Source: Hemiscyllium ocellatum (lineage: Eukaryota). Taken from it: 64,000 nt of DNA. The stretch's first letter is position 1. Each line of letters starts with the position of its first letter. The stretch is taken from assembly GCF_020745735.1 (NCBI RefSeq), contig NC_083431.1, forward strand, positions 26,688,496-26,752,495. Reading direction: 5' to 3'. Positions 23,111 to 35,670 of this stretch are shown piece after piece. The position numbers and the translations under genes are program-made. The notes below the pieces were generated by a model. The model was not told where the DNA came from, did no database searches, and saw only the letters and a program-made list of their open reading frames with translations.

Positions 23111-24399
23111 AATAGGAACACAATTTGTAAGATATGTTGGATGGGGGGGGGGGGGGGGGGGGGGGGTGAGGGTGGGCGGGGCAGAAGACTTTATATATAA
23201 TTATTTTGGATTTGACTTTTAGGCTTATGACATGTCGATTTTGAAACTCCTTCAAAAAGTAAACTAAACTTGGTCATCTTTCGAGGACAATGATTTAAAA
23301 CTCGTACATGTCAGACAGCTTCCAGAAGTGTCAATAGAAGTACATTTATATCATGTGTTTTCTCTCCCCTAAGCAATTAGCTGTAACAGAATCTAGGATG
23401 AGCAGTTTTTAAAAATTTAAAATACTTTTGGATTCAGTTTGAAGGAGACCCAATTAAAGTCAGAGGAAAAAAAACACGACTATCAGGGCAGGACCATTTG
23501 GTCAAAATGAAAGCGCAAGCTGATCAGATATCTCAGTGTACTAAGAGACACAAGTTTTAACTACATCATGTTTTACAAAAGTGATCTTTCTCAATAAAAA
23601 GGAAACAATTACTTTAGAGGACTATTAAAACATGCAGCAGTATAGCTAGAATAATATCTACTGAATTAACTCCAACGTTATGGCATGGAGGTTATTGAAA
23701 AGGCTCCTTCTGCAATGCTGCAGAACTGGTTCCACCAATCCCATTGGGTGCTTCTCTATGTGAATGTATTTATGAGAGGTAGAGAGATAATTTCAAGCAC
23801 ATGAAAATGTAACAGTTTTATAATGCAAGTGACAAAGAACTAAAAACAGTTTTTAAAGTGTGCAAAACAAACTTGGAAAACATTATGCAGTACTCAAAAT
23901 ACAAAATCAAAAATTAAGATGTTTAAAATCACCACAAGCCACTCTAACTATTCTGACCATTCATGAGGGTTATGGACAGGGCGAATAGGAAGCAGCAGGG
24001 GGAAACCTAATTTTGTTTTTAAAAAAATGATAGGCAGTAGGTCTGAAGGGGATTTAAAAGAAAACGCTCCCAGAGCGTGGTGGGAGTCAGGAACTCACTG
24101 CCAAAGGAGGATAGTAGAGACAAGGGCATCCAAGTACTGAACGATTTGATGAACTCTTGAAATAAAAAAAGGTCATAACAAAAACCTAGGTGCTGGTAAG
24201 TGGGACTTGTGTATTGTATTTACTCAAATGTTCATAAAATTAAGCCTTCCAGCCAGAAGCAAGATTCACCATCCAAATGCTGAAAATACTGCTAGATATT
24301 AAGAAAGGAGGGGGAAGGACAGAATCCATTAGGAGAATGGTTTCATCTTTCCCCACAAAGATATCGGATTGGGAAAGCTAATTTTAGTAAAAAAAACCA

Positions 24400-25370
24400 A
24401 CATGTGGGTTGAACATCTATGGCCCATTCATAATTGTCCTGGAGAAGTTGGTGGAAAGCTGTCCTCCTGAACCATTGGATCTGCTCTCCTGGTCTGTCTA
24501 GCTGGTAGACGATGCAGGTTTGGAAGGCGCTGTCAAAAAGAAGCCTTGGTGAATTCCTACAGTTAATCTTCTAGTACACTACTGCCATTGAGCAGTGAAG
24601 GGAGTGAATGCTGAAGATCATGTTCAGGATTCCAATCAAGTGGACTGTTTTGTCTGATTCTGCAGTGTTGTTGGATCTGCACCCATCCAGACAGATCTTC
24701 TCTTATAACAAGATTATCTATATGGCCGGTCCAATTCAATTTCTACTGGTGGTCAGATTCTCTTATTGGAGTTGGTTATTGGTTGACAAGTAGAAAGTGA
24801 CATTCACATCACACAAGTGCCAGGCAAAGACTGGATGTTGTCCATGTTTTGCTGCATATGGACAGACCGCTTTGGTATCGAATATTCACCATCAGCGAAC
24901 AGCCCCAATTCTGACCTTATGATTGAAGCAAAGTCATAATGAAGTAGCTGAAGCTGGTTGGGGGTAGGATACCAGCCCAAAGGAGTTCCTGCAGTAAAGC
25001 ACTGGGACTGAGATGATTGGCCAACAGTAACTACCTTCCTTTGTGCCAGAAAGAAATCTAAGCACAGCAGAGGGTTTCTCTCACCTTCTCCTCCTCCCCC
25101 ATCGCCTAACAGATTCCCACTGACTCCAGTTTTGGTAGGGTTCCTTAATGTCACACTTGGTCAAACGTGGACTTGATGTCAAGGGCAGTCACTCTCACCT
25201 GGAGTTCAGCTCTTTTTTCCCTCCACAAGGAGGCTAAAGCTGCAATGAGATCGGGAGCCAGATGGACTTGACAAAATCCAAACTGAGCAGTGAACAGGTC
25301 ATTCCTTTGCAAGTGCTGCACAATATATCACAACAGATGACACTTTCCAACATTGGGAAAGTGATCTCAG
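24400..25370 (-). mobile_element. Decayed CR1/L2-superfamily RT fragment
   Basis: Minus-strand remnants (...DFASIIRSELGLFAD...; ccttgacatcaag...tttgaccaagtgtgacat) resemble non-LTR RT motifs. Confidence 0.65.
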
Positions 25371-25854
25371 GAAAGATGTCACTCCTGCCACACCGGTAGG
25401 TAAACCGAACAATAAAAAAAAGGTAGTTACATAGCACCGTGGTGTTAGAAGGAAGCAGAGTAAGGTAGCCTTGCAATAATTGGGCAGGTAAAGATACTAC
25501 ATTGAAGTATGTGCAAAGCAAAGTCTATAAAAATCACTTCATATAAATGGGGATAGAATACACCATTATTACTGCTATATTATTAAAAAAACTTCAAGCT
25601 ATTCTTTGTATCATTTGGTCAAATGGCATTGGCTTTTTTAGGTAGGTGCAGGGAGTGGGGAGGCAAATTGTTAGACATAAACCAAAGGCTTACGTATAAC
25701 ATAACATTTAGTCTCATGTCGACCTTTGGAGAAAACCTCAAACTTATACTCTCAACAGCAAGGCTCAGTGAAGCCACAGCTAGAAATGCTGAGCAAATCT
25801 ACAACTAAGAGTACCTTCTTGCATTGCTCATCCACTACAGCCAGAGCACATGTA

Positions 25855-26046
25855 AAACAGTGTATTACAATCGGAGTGAACAGACAAGAACAGCATAATC
25901 ATGACGTCTAAAAATGGATGACTAATCAACAGTCAATCGTGTTGTGAGCATCCATGTAGTTATCAACCAGAAAGACAATTCCTTCTGGAGTGGCAAGGAA
26001 CTTTCTCATTTAAAGTTTAAAATTCTCACCAGAAAGCCAGATATAA
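25855..26046. repeat. ~190-bp direct repeat, copy 1 (copy 2 at 27971-28158)
   Basis: Direct alignment from aaacagtgtattacaatc to ccagaaagccagatataa with scattered substitutions and small indels. Confidence 0.9.
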
Positions 26047-26899
26047 TCTAAGTGACAAGTATTAAGTGTGGGTTGTTTTCTGTGTGAAATCTAAGCCATT
26101 CATTATAATGCAAATTGATTCTTTTTAAACTGAAAATAACAATCTGAATGTAAAACATAAGCTTTGTTCCCCTTTTCCCAATAACTTGCCCATTTAATTG
26201 TGTAACTCTCCAGCTGATTAATGTACAATTACAAATAACTAAAAAATTAGTTTTTACTCATACCATGCCAGGAATTTCCTCAAAATGACAAAGTATGTAT
26301 AATCAGTTATTCAATTCTTAAAATTAGTTGTTAGACATATTAAAATGACTGGATATTTCTTAAATGGTTTGGAGGCTCAAGCCTTTTGGATGGATGACAT
26401 TTCAGTCAAATGAAAAAAAAGGCACTAATAACCAGGCAGAGGAGCTCAGTAAATAGATATGGAAATGGCATCTAATAGCAAGTGCACAAGTTTTCACCGT
26501 ATGTGAATAGATTTGGAATGAATGATCGAGTAAGTCATCCAGTTTGGAGTTGCACCCAATAGGAATAAACCAGAAACTGCTTTGAACTCTACTGAATACT
26601 CAAGTGTTCATACAATACAGATTTACAAAAACGATATCAAATTATACTACTTTCAAACATGGGGGTTACAAATTAGCAGAACAGATAAAAGTCATGCAGT
26701 TTTATTTACTTTTCCCCTATTAAGAAATACTTCCTGATCTGAAAGAGGAGATCATTTGGATCCAAATTACAGAAACAAGTCTAAACTTTTATGTATTCGT
26801 TTTAAAAGATAAACTTATTTAAATAGCGTAATACTTGCATCAGTTGATTTTGATAGTGCCACTCAAAAGTACCTTTCATTGCTCATTACCCACCATCCT

Positions 26900-27122
26900 G
26901 GGAATCAGTTTAGCTCAGGTGGCTGGATTGTTGGTTTGCAGAGTAGTGTGATGCCAACAGCATGGGTTCACATTCCAACACCAGTTTGAGGTTATCATGA
27001 AGGACTCTCCTTCTCAACCTCTTCCCTTGCCCGAGGGCTGGTGGCCCTCAGGTTAAATCACCATCATTCGCTTCTCTCTAATGAGGCAGCAAGCCCTATG
27101 GTCTGGTAAGACTATGGCAACA
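26900..27122 (+). mobile_element. tRNA-headed SINE-like element
   Basis: A-box-like TAGCTCAGGTGG and B-box-like GGGTTCACATTCC followed by a non-tRNA body. Confidence 0.6.
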
Positions 27123-27280
27123 TAACCCACTGCCCTGTCCTCTGGTTCTAATAATTTTCCCAGGCAGTAGCAACCGTAGTTTTTGAACATCTGTATACTT
27201 TTAATGTTCTCTACAAACTTGAAGTTTATTCCTCTATATAGTTATCTGTATAAAATAAATCTCACATTTACCTGGCGGAA

Positions 27281-27374
27281 AGTACTTTGCAAAGCAGTTC
27301 CAAAATCCAGATCTGGATTTCTTGGGAGACAATACTTTGCAAAGTAGTTCTAAATTCTGGAGATGGATTTCTGG
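27281..27374. repeat. Two-unit ~50-bp tandem duplication
   Basis: agtactttgcaaagcagttccaaaatccagatctggatttcttgg versus aatactttgcaaagtagttctaaattctggagatggatttctgg. Confidence 0.75.
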
Positions 27375-27970
27375 AAAATAAATGCAGATATATTATGCAC
27401 TAGCAACAATTTCCTCAAAAATCAATTAAAATACACCATGTTGTTCTGCAAAAAGTTAATAATTATTTATGAAGTACACATTAAAGATTGAATCCAGCAT
27501 TTGATATGTATGGCAGTGAAATTTTAAAAAAAAAGTGATTGCTCTGAAATATAACCCAAAATTTCAGAGATTCCTCATGGCATTTGTAATGGTATACTCA
27601 AAATATTATCCGAGAGGATATGCATTAAAATGGTTTTCACAATTGGTCAGCCTTCTGGACCATGCTTCCAAAACTAATTGTAAAATGAAAGCACAAGACC
27701 ACAGCCACCAACGTCACTCCTGGCCACAGGTACAAAGTCTTTCTGGATTTCTCCCTTCCATTAGGGAAGACAGAGTTGGATAGACTGGTCCAGAGTTCAA
27801 GGTCTTATCAGGTATGACAACTGTTGGAAATATTTGTTCAATTACGCTCCTCACCTACCCACATACCAAGATAAGAGACTGCCAATTCAGAATGGAGTGA
27901 AACTTTGAACACTCCAAATATTTAAAATTCTACAGGCCTGTTAAGACCTATGGGTTACACCTTCCAGCAC

Positions 27971-28158
27971 AAACAGTGTATTACAATCTGAGTAAACAGA
28001 CAAGAACAGCATAATCATGAGGTCTAAAAAATAGATGACTAGTCAATTGTGTTGTGAGCATCTATGTAGTTATCAGGCAGAAAAACAATTCCTTCTGGAG
28101 TGGTAAAGAACTTTCTCATTAAAAAAGTTTAAAATTCTCACCAGAAAGCCAGATATAA
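27971..28158. repeat. ~190-bp direct repeat, copy 2
   Basis: See 25855-26046. Confidence 0.9.
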
Positions 28159-30922
28159 GCTGGAGGACTGCACACTATACAAATCAGACTAGTGCACAAG
28201 ATTCCCTACCCATCATATTGAGGAGATGGAAGAAGAAAAAAAGTGATGACCCAGAGTGTCTTAATTCCTACATAGGATATTCTGCATTGGAAATACTAAT
28301 TTGCAGAATTTAGCCCATGCCTCAAATCTACTAAACAACAAATATGAAGCTAAAGTACTAATCTTATCCAGAGGATTAATGAAGCATTGTATAATTTTTA
28401 TAAAATGCATCATGTTTAATAAGTTTCAGTAATCAGTAAAACGTCCCATGAGCAGAGAGAACACATCCTGGTGTGGTGGTGGTCAGGATTGGAATGCAAG
28501 AGTATAAAAGGCAATAAATCCAAGGCTATCTGTGCAAGTCCTAGCCACTTGCCAAAGTCATTACCGCTCAAGGCCAAACAGCAGGCACACAGGACATCTT
28601 CAGTAAAAACAAAGTCATTTAATATATTAAAGTCATAAAGCTTAGATGTTTCACATTTTACCACAGAATAGGACATTGTTCAGCTTAAAATGACAATATT
28701 AGACAGAATGTTTTGGATTAAAATGGATTATTAGAGAGAATTTGATAGCAAAAGTATTTATGTAACATCTAAAAGAAAAAAGTCCCAGAAAAATCACTAC
28801 GGTTATTGAAGTATACTCAAAAATACAATTACTGGTGTCATATCAGGAAACTGCACCAAATTACACAGAACAAGATCCCACAAAACAATCTGATGCAGCC
28901 AAAGAGAGAAAAAAAAAGTGCTTTTTCTTCAAATAGTGCAATGGAACCCTTTATAAAGCTCTAATGCTTCACCAAGACAGCATCTCAGGTTTCAGTCTCA
29001 ATTGAGAGAATGTTCAAGTCTCTACAAAGGAAAATTTACATTTACATCACCTTGCTCTCCACAAATCTCAAATCAAAAAAAAAGAGAAATTTATAAAAGA
29101 ACACAGCAACTTCCTGTAAGATTGCTAGCAGGAAAGTCAGGGTAATTGTAACAAAAAGAGAAAGTGGTTTGGGTTGGGGATGGGGTGGAGCAGGGGTGAA
29201 AATCACTGCAGAATGGTCATATTACCATGGCTGGGTTCTGCTCTCAAAAGCAAGTATTAGCAGCAAACCAAATCCAGACTGGATTAAAGATCCACATTTT
29301 CCTACTGCAACCGTGAGATAAAAATCAAACAAATCTGACCACTCACTCGAGTCTCCTTGGTTGGAGACTGAAGTGGACAATATCTGCTTTCACATCTGGT
29401 CCATGGGTTTGTACCTAGAATGGTGCTGAGTGGTTTGGTTTTGTAACCCAAGTGAAGAGTTAAAACGCAGATCTCTATAAAGAGTCCAAGAGCATTACTG
29501 TCCACAGAAAAGATAGGTGACAGCAAATATCATGGAGGGTTTCCTGAAGATTTTTTGCAGATTAGTAAGTAATTTCCATGTGAACAAACCTCCAGTGATG
29601 GATTGGCAACAGTCCAAAATGCTCAATCCTGTTTATCTGCAACTCCTTGTTCAACATTAAATCAAGTGATGTCTACAACCTCTATCAACACATTACAAGA
29701 CTCGAGGGGCCTTGGAGGATGAATCTTGCCCTGGAAACACCGATGCTCAAATTTCCACCCAACCTCCCAATCCCCAAAATTGGTGTACAGAAAGCACAGG
29801 TGTGTTCCTGATGGAAATACTGAACAAGGATAACTGGTGCCCTTTTACACATATTTGAAACAGGGGTTAGTCCAGCATATGTATAAAGCCCATTGCCTGC
29901 TGGATATCCCTGTTGCAACATTAGTTTGCTAGGAGGTAGCTGCTGCATGTTGGACACACTCAGGAATCAAAATTCAAAATTACCTACAGAAAACAGATTT
30001 TCTTACCCATCTCCTTGATCCTGGTCTCATCAGCACCTCTATGAATCCATGATTTATAAACTAGAATTAGCATGATTTCCTTCACTCAACACCCACTGTT
30101 CCACTTGTGGGTGCTCAGATATCATGCCAATAATTTTTCTAGGTTATAACACCAAGCTATTATCAAACATATTAGAAACTGTACAGAATCAGGCCATTCA
30201 TTCAGCAAACCAGTCCATTCTGGCATTCAAAGCACAAATCCACAACCTTTTGGGGCCTACTCCCTTCCCACATCTTTCCTCCTTCTCGAACCAGCTAATT
30301 GAAAGTTTCAACCCTTCATTTGGTCATCCACATGACATTCCACATCAAAAAGAATCTCTTGTTCTGATAGAACGTTTGGATATTTCAATCTTGTACTGCT
30401 GCTCCCATGTTCCACATCCTTCAAATCACTGGGAGCATCTATTTGAACTCAAGGCGCTGTTTGTAATTTTAAAACACTGCTGTCAAGCCATATCAAATCT
30501 CCTGTTCTAGATGTAAAAAAAATTTTTCAAAGCACTTTTTTTGAATGCAGTTCCCCATATTACACAGCATCCTAATGAATCTATAAAGCATCCTGCCAGA
30601 TTTGACAAAATGTAGAACATTCTATATTTCTGTAAGGCTCCATTACAGGATCTCACTTTTAAAATGGAATACTTATTCACATTTCAAACGGTGTTTGAAA
30701 ACTCTGCTGGGGAGGACAGCCTTGGATTTACTGGAATGCACAGACTGAACGTACCTACTTGGTCACTATGACTAAAGAGCTGTAGCCATAAAAATACTCC
30801 AGTATCTGACACCCACCTAATCTCAAACACAGTCAGCCAAGACAAGCAAGAAGAAAGTTAGGAAATCCTGAACAGAGACAATAACCAATCTATCTAAAAG
30901 ACTGAATGGATTGAAAACTCAC

Positions 30923-31012
30923 ATGGATTTGATTTTTGACTCTGGCGGCTTGGCATCCACTTCATCTGGTGTGAAGCAGGGAAGGGCAAGAGCTTCTTGG
31001 TCATCCTCGTCA
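30923..31012 (-). CDS. RILP: RILP exon 7
   Basis: tttctacacag| acceptor and AT|gtgagt donor; 90 nt, phase 2 to 2; (S)DEDDQEALALPCFTPDEVDAKPPESKIKS (human SEDE...PPPESKIQS). Confidence 0.93.
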
Positions 31013-31389
31013 CTGTGTAGAAACAGGAGTTTGTCTTTACATATTTAAAAAAAAACGTAGTGAATGGCAATCATCATCTGCTCTTGTAGCCGGAATTCCT
31101 CAACATGTGAAAATTGTTGACATTCCAGTAATCAACTAATTATGACCTGTGCAGAAGTTGACAACATTTAACCTTGGTTATAAATGTAGTTGCTGCACTG
31201 AATGGTCGCTATATTGGACAATTTCAACTAAATCACATTTTCCTCTCAGCCCCATCCCCAAAAAAAAAGGCACATTTCTCCTGAAATCAAGTGCAATTTG
31301 AAAAGGTAACACCAGAAGTTCAGAAACTGACCACACCCCAACCTCTAACACCACAATTGACTAAATCTATTCACCACCTTAAAAACATT

Positions 31390-31680
31390 CAATCCCTCTA
31401 GTACCACGGCATATTGAAAATAATGCGAAACATCTACAGGAGCCATTGCAGCAACTCGCCATCTTCTTTGCCAGGAATCTTTCAAACACATGACCTCCTA
31501 TATCTAGAGGAAAGATGCATGGGAACACCCAGAGCTGCTGATTCCCTTCCCAATCCTATATTGTTCAAAACAACTTTACGAAAACCATCACTACTCCTTC
31601 GCTGCAATTCCTGTCCTAACAAACTGCTGCAGGACAATATCAAGGAAGCAACTCACTGCCACTTTCTCTCACTTTGGCCC
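31390..31680 (+). mobile_element. Old L2-like 3' fragment
   Basis: Degenerate resemblance to the L2-type 3' ends common in chondrichthyans (cattgcagcaactcgcca...atgggaacacc...aaggaagcaactcactgccactttctc). Confidence 0.45.
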
Positions 31681-32099
31681 TTCAAATGTGATCGTGGCTC
31701 ATCATCCATCGCAGTACCCTTTGCTACTAAAGTAGGCAATCTCACATATTCCAAACAATGGACACATCTGGAGATGGACTAAATCAGAGCGAGCCAGGTT
31801 GCTATTCAAATATAACCAAAAAAAAAATTAAATACAGGACTGGTTTTAAAACTGTATTCCAAAATGCTGTCTAAATATGGTATCTAAGCTGCAGGAACAC
31901 AAATTAAAGTTGAGCAGAAATGGAAGCAAAGAAAATTCAAAACTGTCACCATTCAGCGTTATTTGCACTTGATCCAGTCAATTATACCCAAAGACAGAAA
32001 CTTAGCCATTCTGTTCCACACTCTTCAGGGTCCCCTACCTCAACCTGAGCTACAAATCTTCTCAAAGCTCACTAGTTCCCTACTGCCCTTTATTAGGCT

Positions 32100-32600
32100 G
32101 CACGGAGTCAGATGTATAGCACAGAAACAGACCCGTTGGTCCAACTTGTGTATGCCAACCAGAAATCCTAGCGTAATCTAGTCCCATTTGCCAGCACCTG
32201 GACCATATCCCTCTCACTCCTTCCTATTCATATACTCATCCAAATGACTTTTAAATGCTGCAATTTGTACCAGCCTCCACCACCTCCTTTGGCAGCTCAT
32301 TCCATACACGTACCACCCTCTGAAAAAGTTGCCCCTTAGATATGAAAGGGACCTTTCTCCTTTCACTCTAAACCTATGCCCTCTAGTTCTGGACTCCCTT
32401 GCCCCAGGGAAAAGACCTTGCCTATTTACCTTATCCATGCCCCTCATTTATAAACCTTCTTAGGGTCACACCTCCGCTTCCAGGAAAGCAACCCCAACTT
32501 ATGCAGCTTCTCCCTATAGCTCAAATCCTCCAACCCTGGCAACATTCTTGTAAATCTTTTCTGAACCCTTTCAAGTTTAACATCCTTCTGATAGGAAAGA
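32100..32600 (-). mobile_element. CR1-clade LINE 3' fragment
   Basis: Minus-strand ORFs KDVKLERVQKRFTRMLPGLEDLSYREKL and MRGMDKVNRQGLFPGARESRTRGHRF. Confidence 0.9.
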
Positions 32601-33062
32601 AACCACCAGAAAAAATATGAAAGAGCTCCAGGTGATGACAAACATCAATCTAAATTTTCCTTCTCTCCTTCAAGGAGAGCTCAATCACCACAAACCATTT
32701 ATACTTCTGCAAAATAAAACATCCAAAACCCACAAGGAAATGCCAGAAGTGTTCAATTGTCAAATAACATCTTGGTTATTAGTTATTTGTGAAAGTTAGG
32801 ATGGCTATGAAAAGATAAATGAACAATGATTATCCCCTTTATAGAACAAGAAAAGTGCAAAATAGCAAATTTCTTCCAATTGCAACAAAAAGAGAAGAGA
32901 ATCTGTTAGGAGAAAAAAGCTAAGCTTTTAATACTCAATTTGTGTAAATTTTAAGTTCTTCCTGCAGGGTTCCAAAAAAAAAGAGCTACTTTTTGCCAAA
33001 TCATAGAATTAATTATGTGCACCTTTTAAGTGTAATCTTCTAGTAGGGAATCCAAACCTGGG

Positions 33063-33928
33063 GTTGAAAAAGGTGGTGCTGGAAAAACACAGCAGGCCAG
33101 GCAGCATCCGAGGAGGAGAAGCATCGACGTTTTGGGCATAAGCCCTTCTTCAGGAATGAGGCTGGTGTGCCAAGTGGGCTAAGATAAAATGATAGGGGGA
33201 GGGGCGTTGGGAATACGATGGAAGGAAGGGAGGGAGGGTGGGTGAGGGTGATAGGCCAGAGAGAAAATTGCAGATCAAGAGGGCGATGCTCAATCCGGGG
33301 GTTGGGACCGAGATAAGGTTGTGGGGGGTGGGGGGGGGGGTGAAAGAGAGGCGAGAAAGAGAAGAGAGAGAATGAGGAAGCTGGAGAAATCTACATTCAT
33401 CCCATATGGTTGGAGGGTTCTTAAGCGGAAGAGGAGGCGCTCTTCCTCCAGGTGTCATGTGGTCAGGGTCTGGCGATGGAGGAGGCCAAGGACCTGCATG
33501 TCCTTGGCAGAGTGGGAGGGGGAGTTAAAGTCTTCAGCCACAGGGCGGTTGGGTTGGTTTGGTTGGTGCAGGTGTCCCATTCAACCACACGGGATGAATA
33601 TAGATTTCTCACTCACCTCCCTCCCCCTCCAGAATCAGCACCACCCTCTTGACCTGCAATCGTCTTCCCGACCTCTCCGCCGCCGCCCCCCCTCTCCGGC
33701 CTATCACCCTCACCTCCTTCCACCCATTGTATTCCCAGCGCCCCTCCCAAATTCCCTCTCCCCTCCCCTTTATCTCAGCCCGCTTGGCACACCAGCCTCA
33801 TTCCTGAAGGGCTTATGCCCGAAACATTGATTCGAATGCTCCTCGGATGCTGCCTGGCCTGCTGTGTTTTTCCAGCACCACATTTTTCAACTCTGGTCTC
33901 CAGCATCTGCAGTCCTCACTTTCTCCTA
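33063..33928. mobile_element. 5'-truncated Penelope-like element with inverted terminal repeats, a GIY-YIG endonuclease C-terminus and two hammerhead remnants
   Basis: Arms ~33063-33412 and ~33581-33891 are inverted. The minus strand of the spacer and the inner end of the left arm encodes PVAEDFNSPSHSAKDMQVLGLLH...LEEERLLFRLRTLQPYGMNVDFS. Hammerhead-like ATTC-CTGAAGA-AGGGC-TTAT-GCCC-AAAAC-GTC at 33121-33157(-) and a deleted copy at 33800-33833(+). Flanking TCCAAACCTGGG / TCCAAAACTGGG (11/12). Confidence 0.88.
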
Positions 33929-34039
33929 GTTAGTCCAAAACTGGGAGCCATTTAGGAGATAGCTACCAACAAAAAGTCAGCAAGGAATTCAGTTCAAGTT
34001 TTTTTTAGTGTGCAGAAAATAGAACTCGAGTATTGACGA

Positions 34040-34270
34040 TTGTCTAGTGGTATTATCACTGGAATGTTAACCCAGAGACCCAGGTAATTGTCCTGGGACC
34101 GAGGTTCGAACCCTGCCATGTCAGATGGTGGAATTTAAATTCTGGAGTTGAGAATCTAAGGATGATCTTGAATCTGTTGCAGATGTCAGGAACTGACATC
34201 CTTGCCTGGCCTCCAAGAGACGCCAGACCCAGAGTAATGATTGACAGGCAATCAATGCTCACCTAGCCAC
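34040..34270 (+). mobile_element. tRNA-derived SINE (SacSINE1-like shark family); related pieces at ~1520-1620, ~40070-40170, ~43020-43290 and ~56150-56430 (minus)
   Basis: A-box-like TGTCTAGTGG and B-box GGTTCGAACCC, then cagatggtggaatttaaattc. The family name is recalled, not verified. Confidence 0.65.
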
Positions 34271-35075
34271 TAGAGTGATGGGGAAAAAAAAACTCAAGAT
34301 GTAGCTGAGGCACATAGTTTAGACCAAGTTAAAAATAAAAACTTTATTTTAAAAGTTCATTGTGCCTCCTTTGAATAATTAGTGTGGTGCTGGCAGACCT
34401 TTGGCCAGCTCAATGCTCCCCAGGCTGCCTTCCTGAAGCAGCTGTGGATTAAAGCAAATGACAGCAAGATAGCAAACTTACCTGGCAGCAAATAATTAAT
34501 GCAGCCTGACCATAAAGTATATGTGCTAGAGGGGGCTGAATGGCCTACTCCTAATGCTTATCAATGTGCAAGTGTCAGCAGCAAGTGTCTCATGACAAAA
34601 ATCAAGTCACCAGATCGGGAACAGAGTCTTCAGCTCTCTGCATTTAAGAGAGTGTCAGCAGCAGCGCATGGCTCAAGAGGCCAAAAGAATTTTTTTTGAA
34701 AAGATAAAAAAAAAAGTTGAAAAATAACCATTCCTACAAAAAAAAAACAGGCTCTTGTGAATGGGTTGTGGAGTGGTGTGTGTGGGAGAGGACATCATTG
34801 TTTCCCAATCTAACAAAATGACCAAAGTAGCATTTTCAGCCATCACCATCCCTACAGTAGCTAAAGAAAAACATCACTGCTGGATAGAGGGCAGAAAGAG
34901 AAGGAAGAGACCAAGGCTATCACTACTGTGAAGAGAAAACAAAAAAACTGGCATTAAAAAAAGGTGAGGCAAGTGTAAAATCAAGATCAGATTTTGAAAT
35001 GAGAAAGTGGAGGCAGAATGAAGTGTAATGTCAGATGTGTCTCTTCAGATGGTCTTTTCAGAAGAAAGCACTCAC

Positions 35076-35198
35076 CTGCTACACAGGTTTTCTTGTATTC
35101 CCAACATTTTGGCCTTCACTTTTTTCCTCTGCTTTTTAATTGCACTCTTGATTGCTTCCATGAAAATTGCCGGACACTTCTCATCATTGAGTATCTCT
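35076..35198 (-). CDS. RILP: RILP exon 6
   Basis: gttgcag| acceptor and AG|gtgagt donor; 123 nt; EILNDEKCPAIFMEAIKSAIKKQRKKVKAKMLGIQENLCS. KQRKKxKAKMLG is the RILP-specific Rab7-binding segment, absent from RILPL1/2. Confidence 0.96.
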
Positions 35199-35503
35199 CT
35201 GCAACACCAAACAGATCTAAGTCACTGACAAAAGTCAAAAGCTGAAGCTTCATTTTAATTGTTCTGCCTCTCAAACAAGTATACAAAGCTAAAAATGCAT
35301 TTGCATTAACCCTTAATTAGGGGCTTTTGGTTGCAGCCCATCCAATTGTACAGGTGGAATGACTCTGCAATCCATCTTTGGGAGCTAAGAGCTGCTGAGG
35401 CAGAACATTGAGATCAATGGCTATGTGCACTAATACACCCTAGTATGAGACAAATCCCCAAACATCCCTGAGCTTCTCCCCACATTACCCAATGCACACA
35501 GAC

Positions 35504-35670
35504 CTCTGATAGTAAGCTAGTTCTTCTTGCACCAGGAACAAGTTTGCCTTTAGCTCATTGCGCTCATGCAGAATCTGTCGCATTTCTTGTTTTGTGAAAT
35601 AAGGCCGGTTTGGATCATTCACATCAATGATGATTTTATCAGCCATGTTGATTGTTGATACATCTATGAC
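35504..35670 (-). CDS. RILP: RILP exon 5 (RH2 domain)
   Basis: ctcttccctttaaaag| acceptor and AG|gtctgt donor; 167 nt; VIDVSTINMADKIIIDVNDPNRPYFTKQEMRQILHERNELKANLFLVQEELAYYQ(R). Confidence 0.96.

Noticed and set aside
25855-28158. LTR retrotransposon
   Set aside because: No convincing TG...CA termini, PBS, PPT, TSD or gag/pol remnants; kept only as an unexplained direct repeat.
29302-30060. Exon-like segments with splice-like ends (29347-29474, 30007-30060, acceptor near 29983)
   Set aside because: In phase 2 after exon 7 they give early or immediate stops and show no recognisable homology. A much better terminal exon exists at 19584-19710.
33121-33157. Currently active hammerhead ribozyme as an annotated ncRNA
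   Set aside because: Every copy in the window has at least one core defect (G12 change, core deletion or truncation), so none is called as a functional RNA.
33321-33830. 169-aa plus-strand ORF
   Set aside because: It is the antisense/low-complexity reading of the Penelope-like element; the meaningful frame is on minus.
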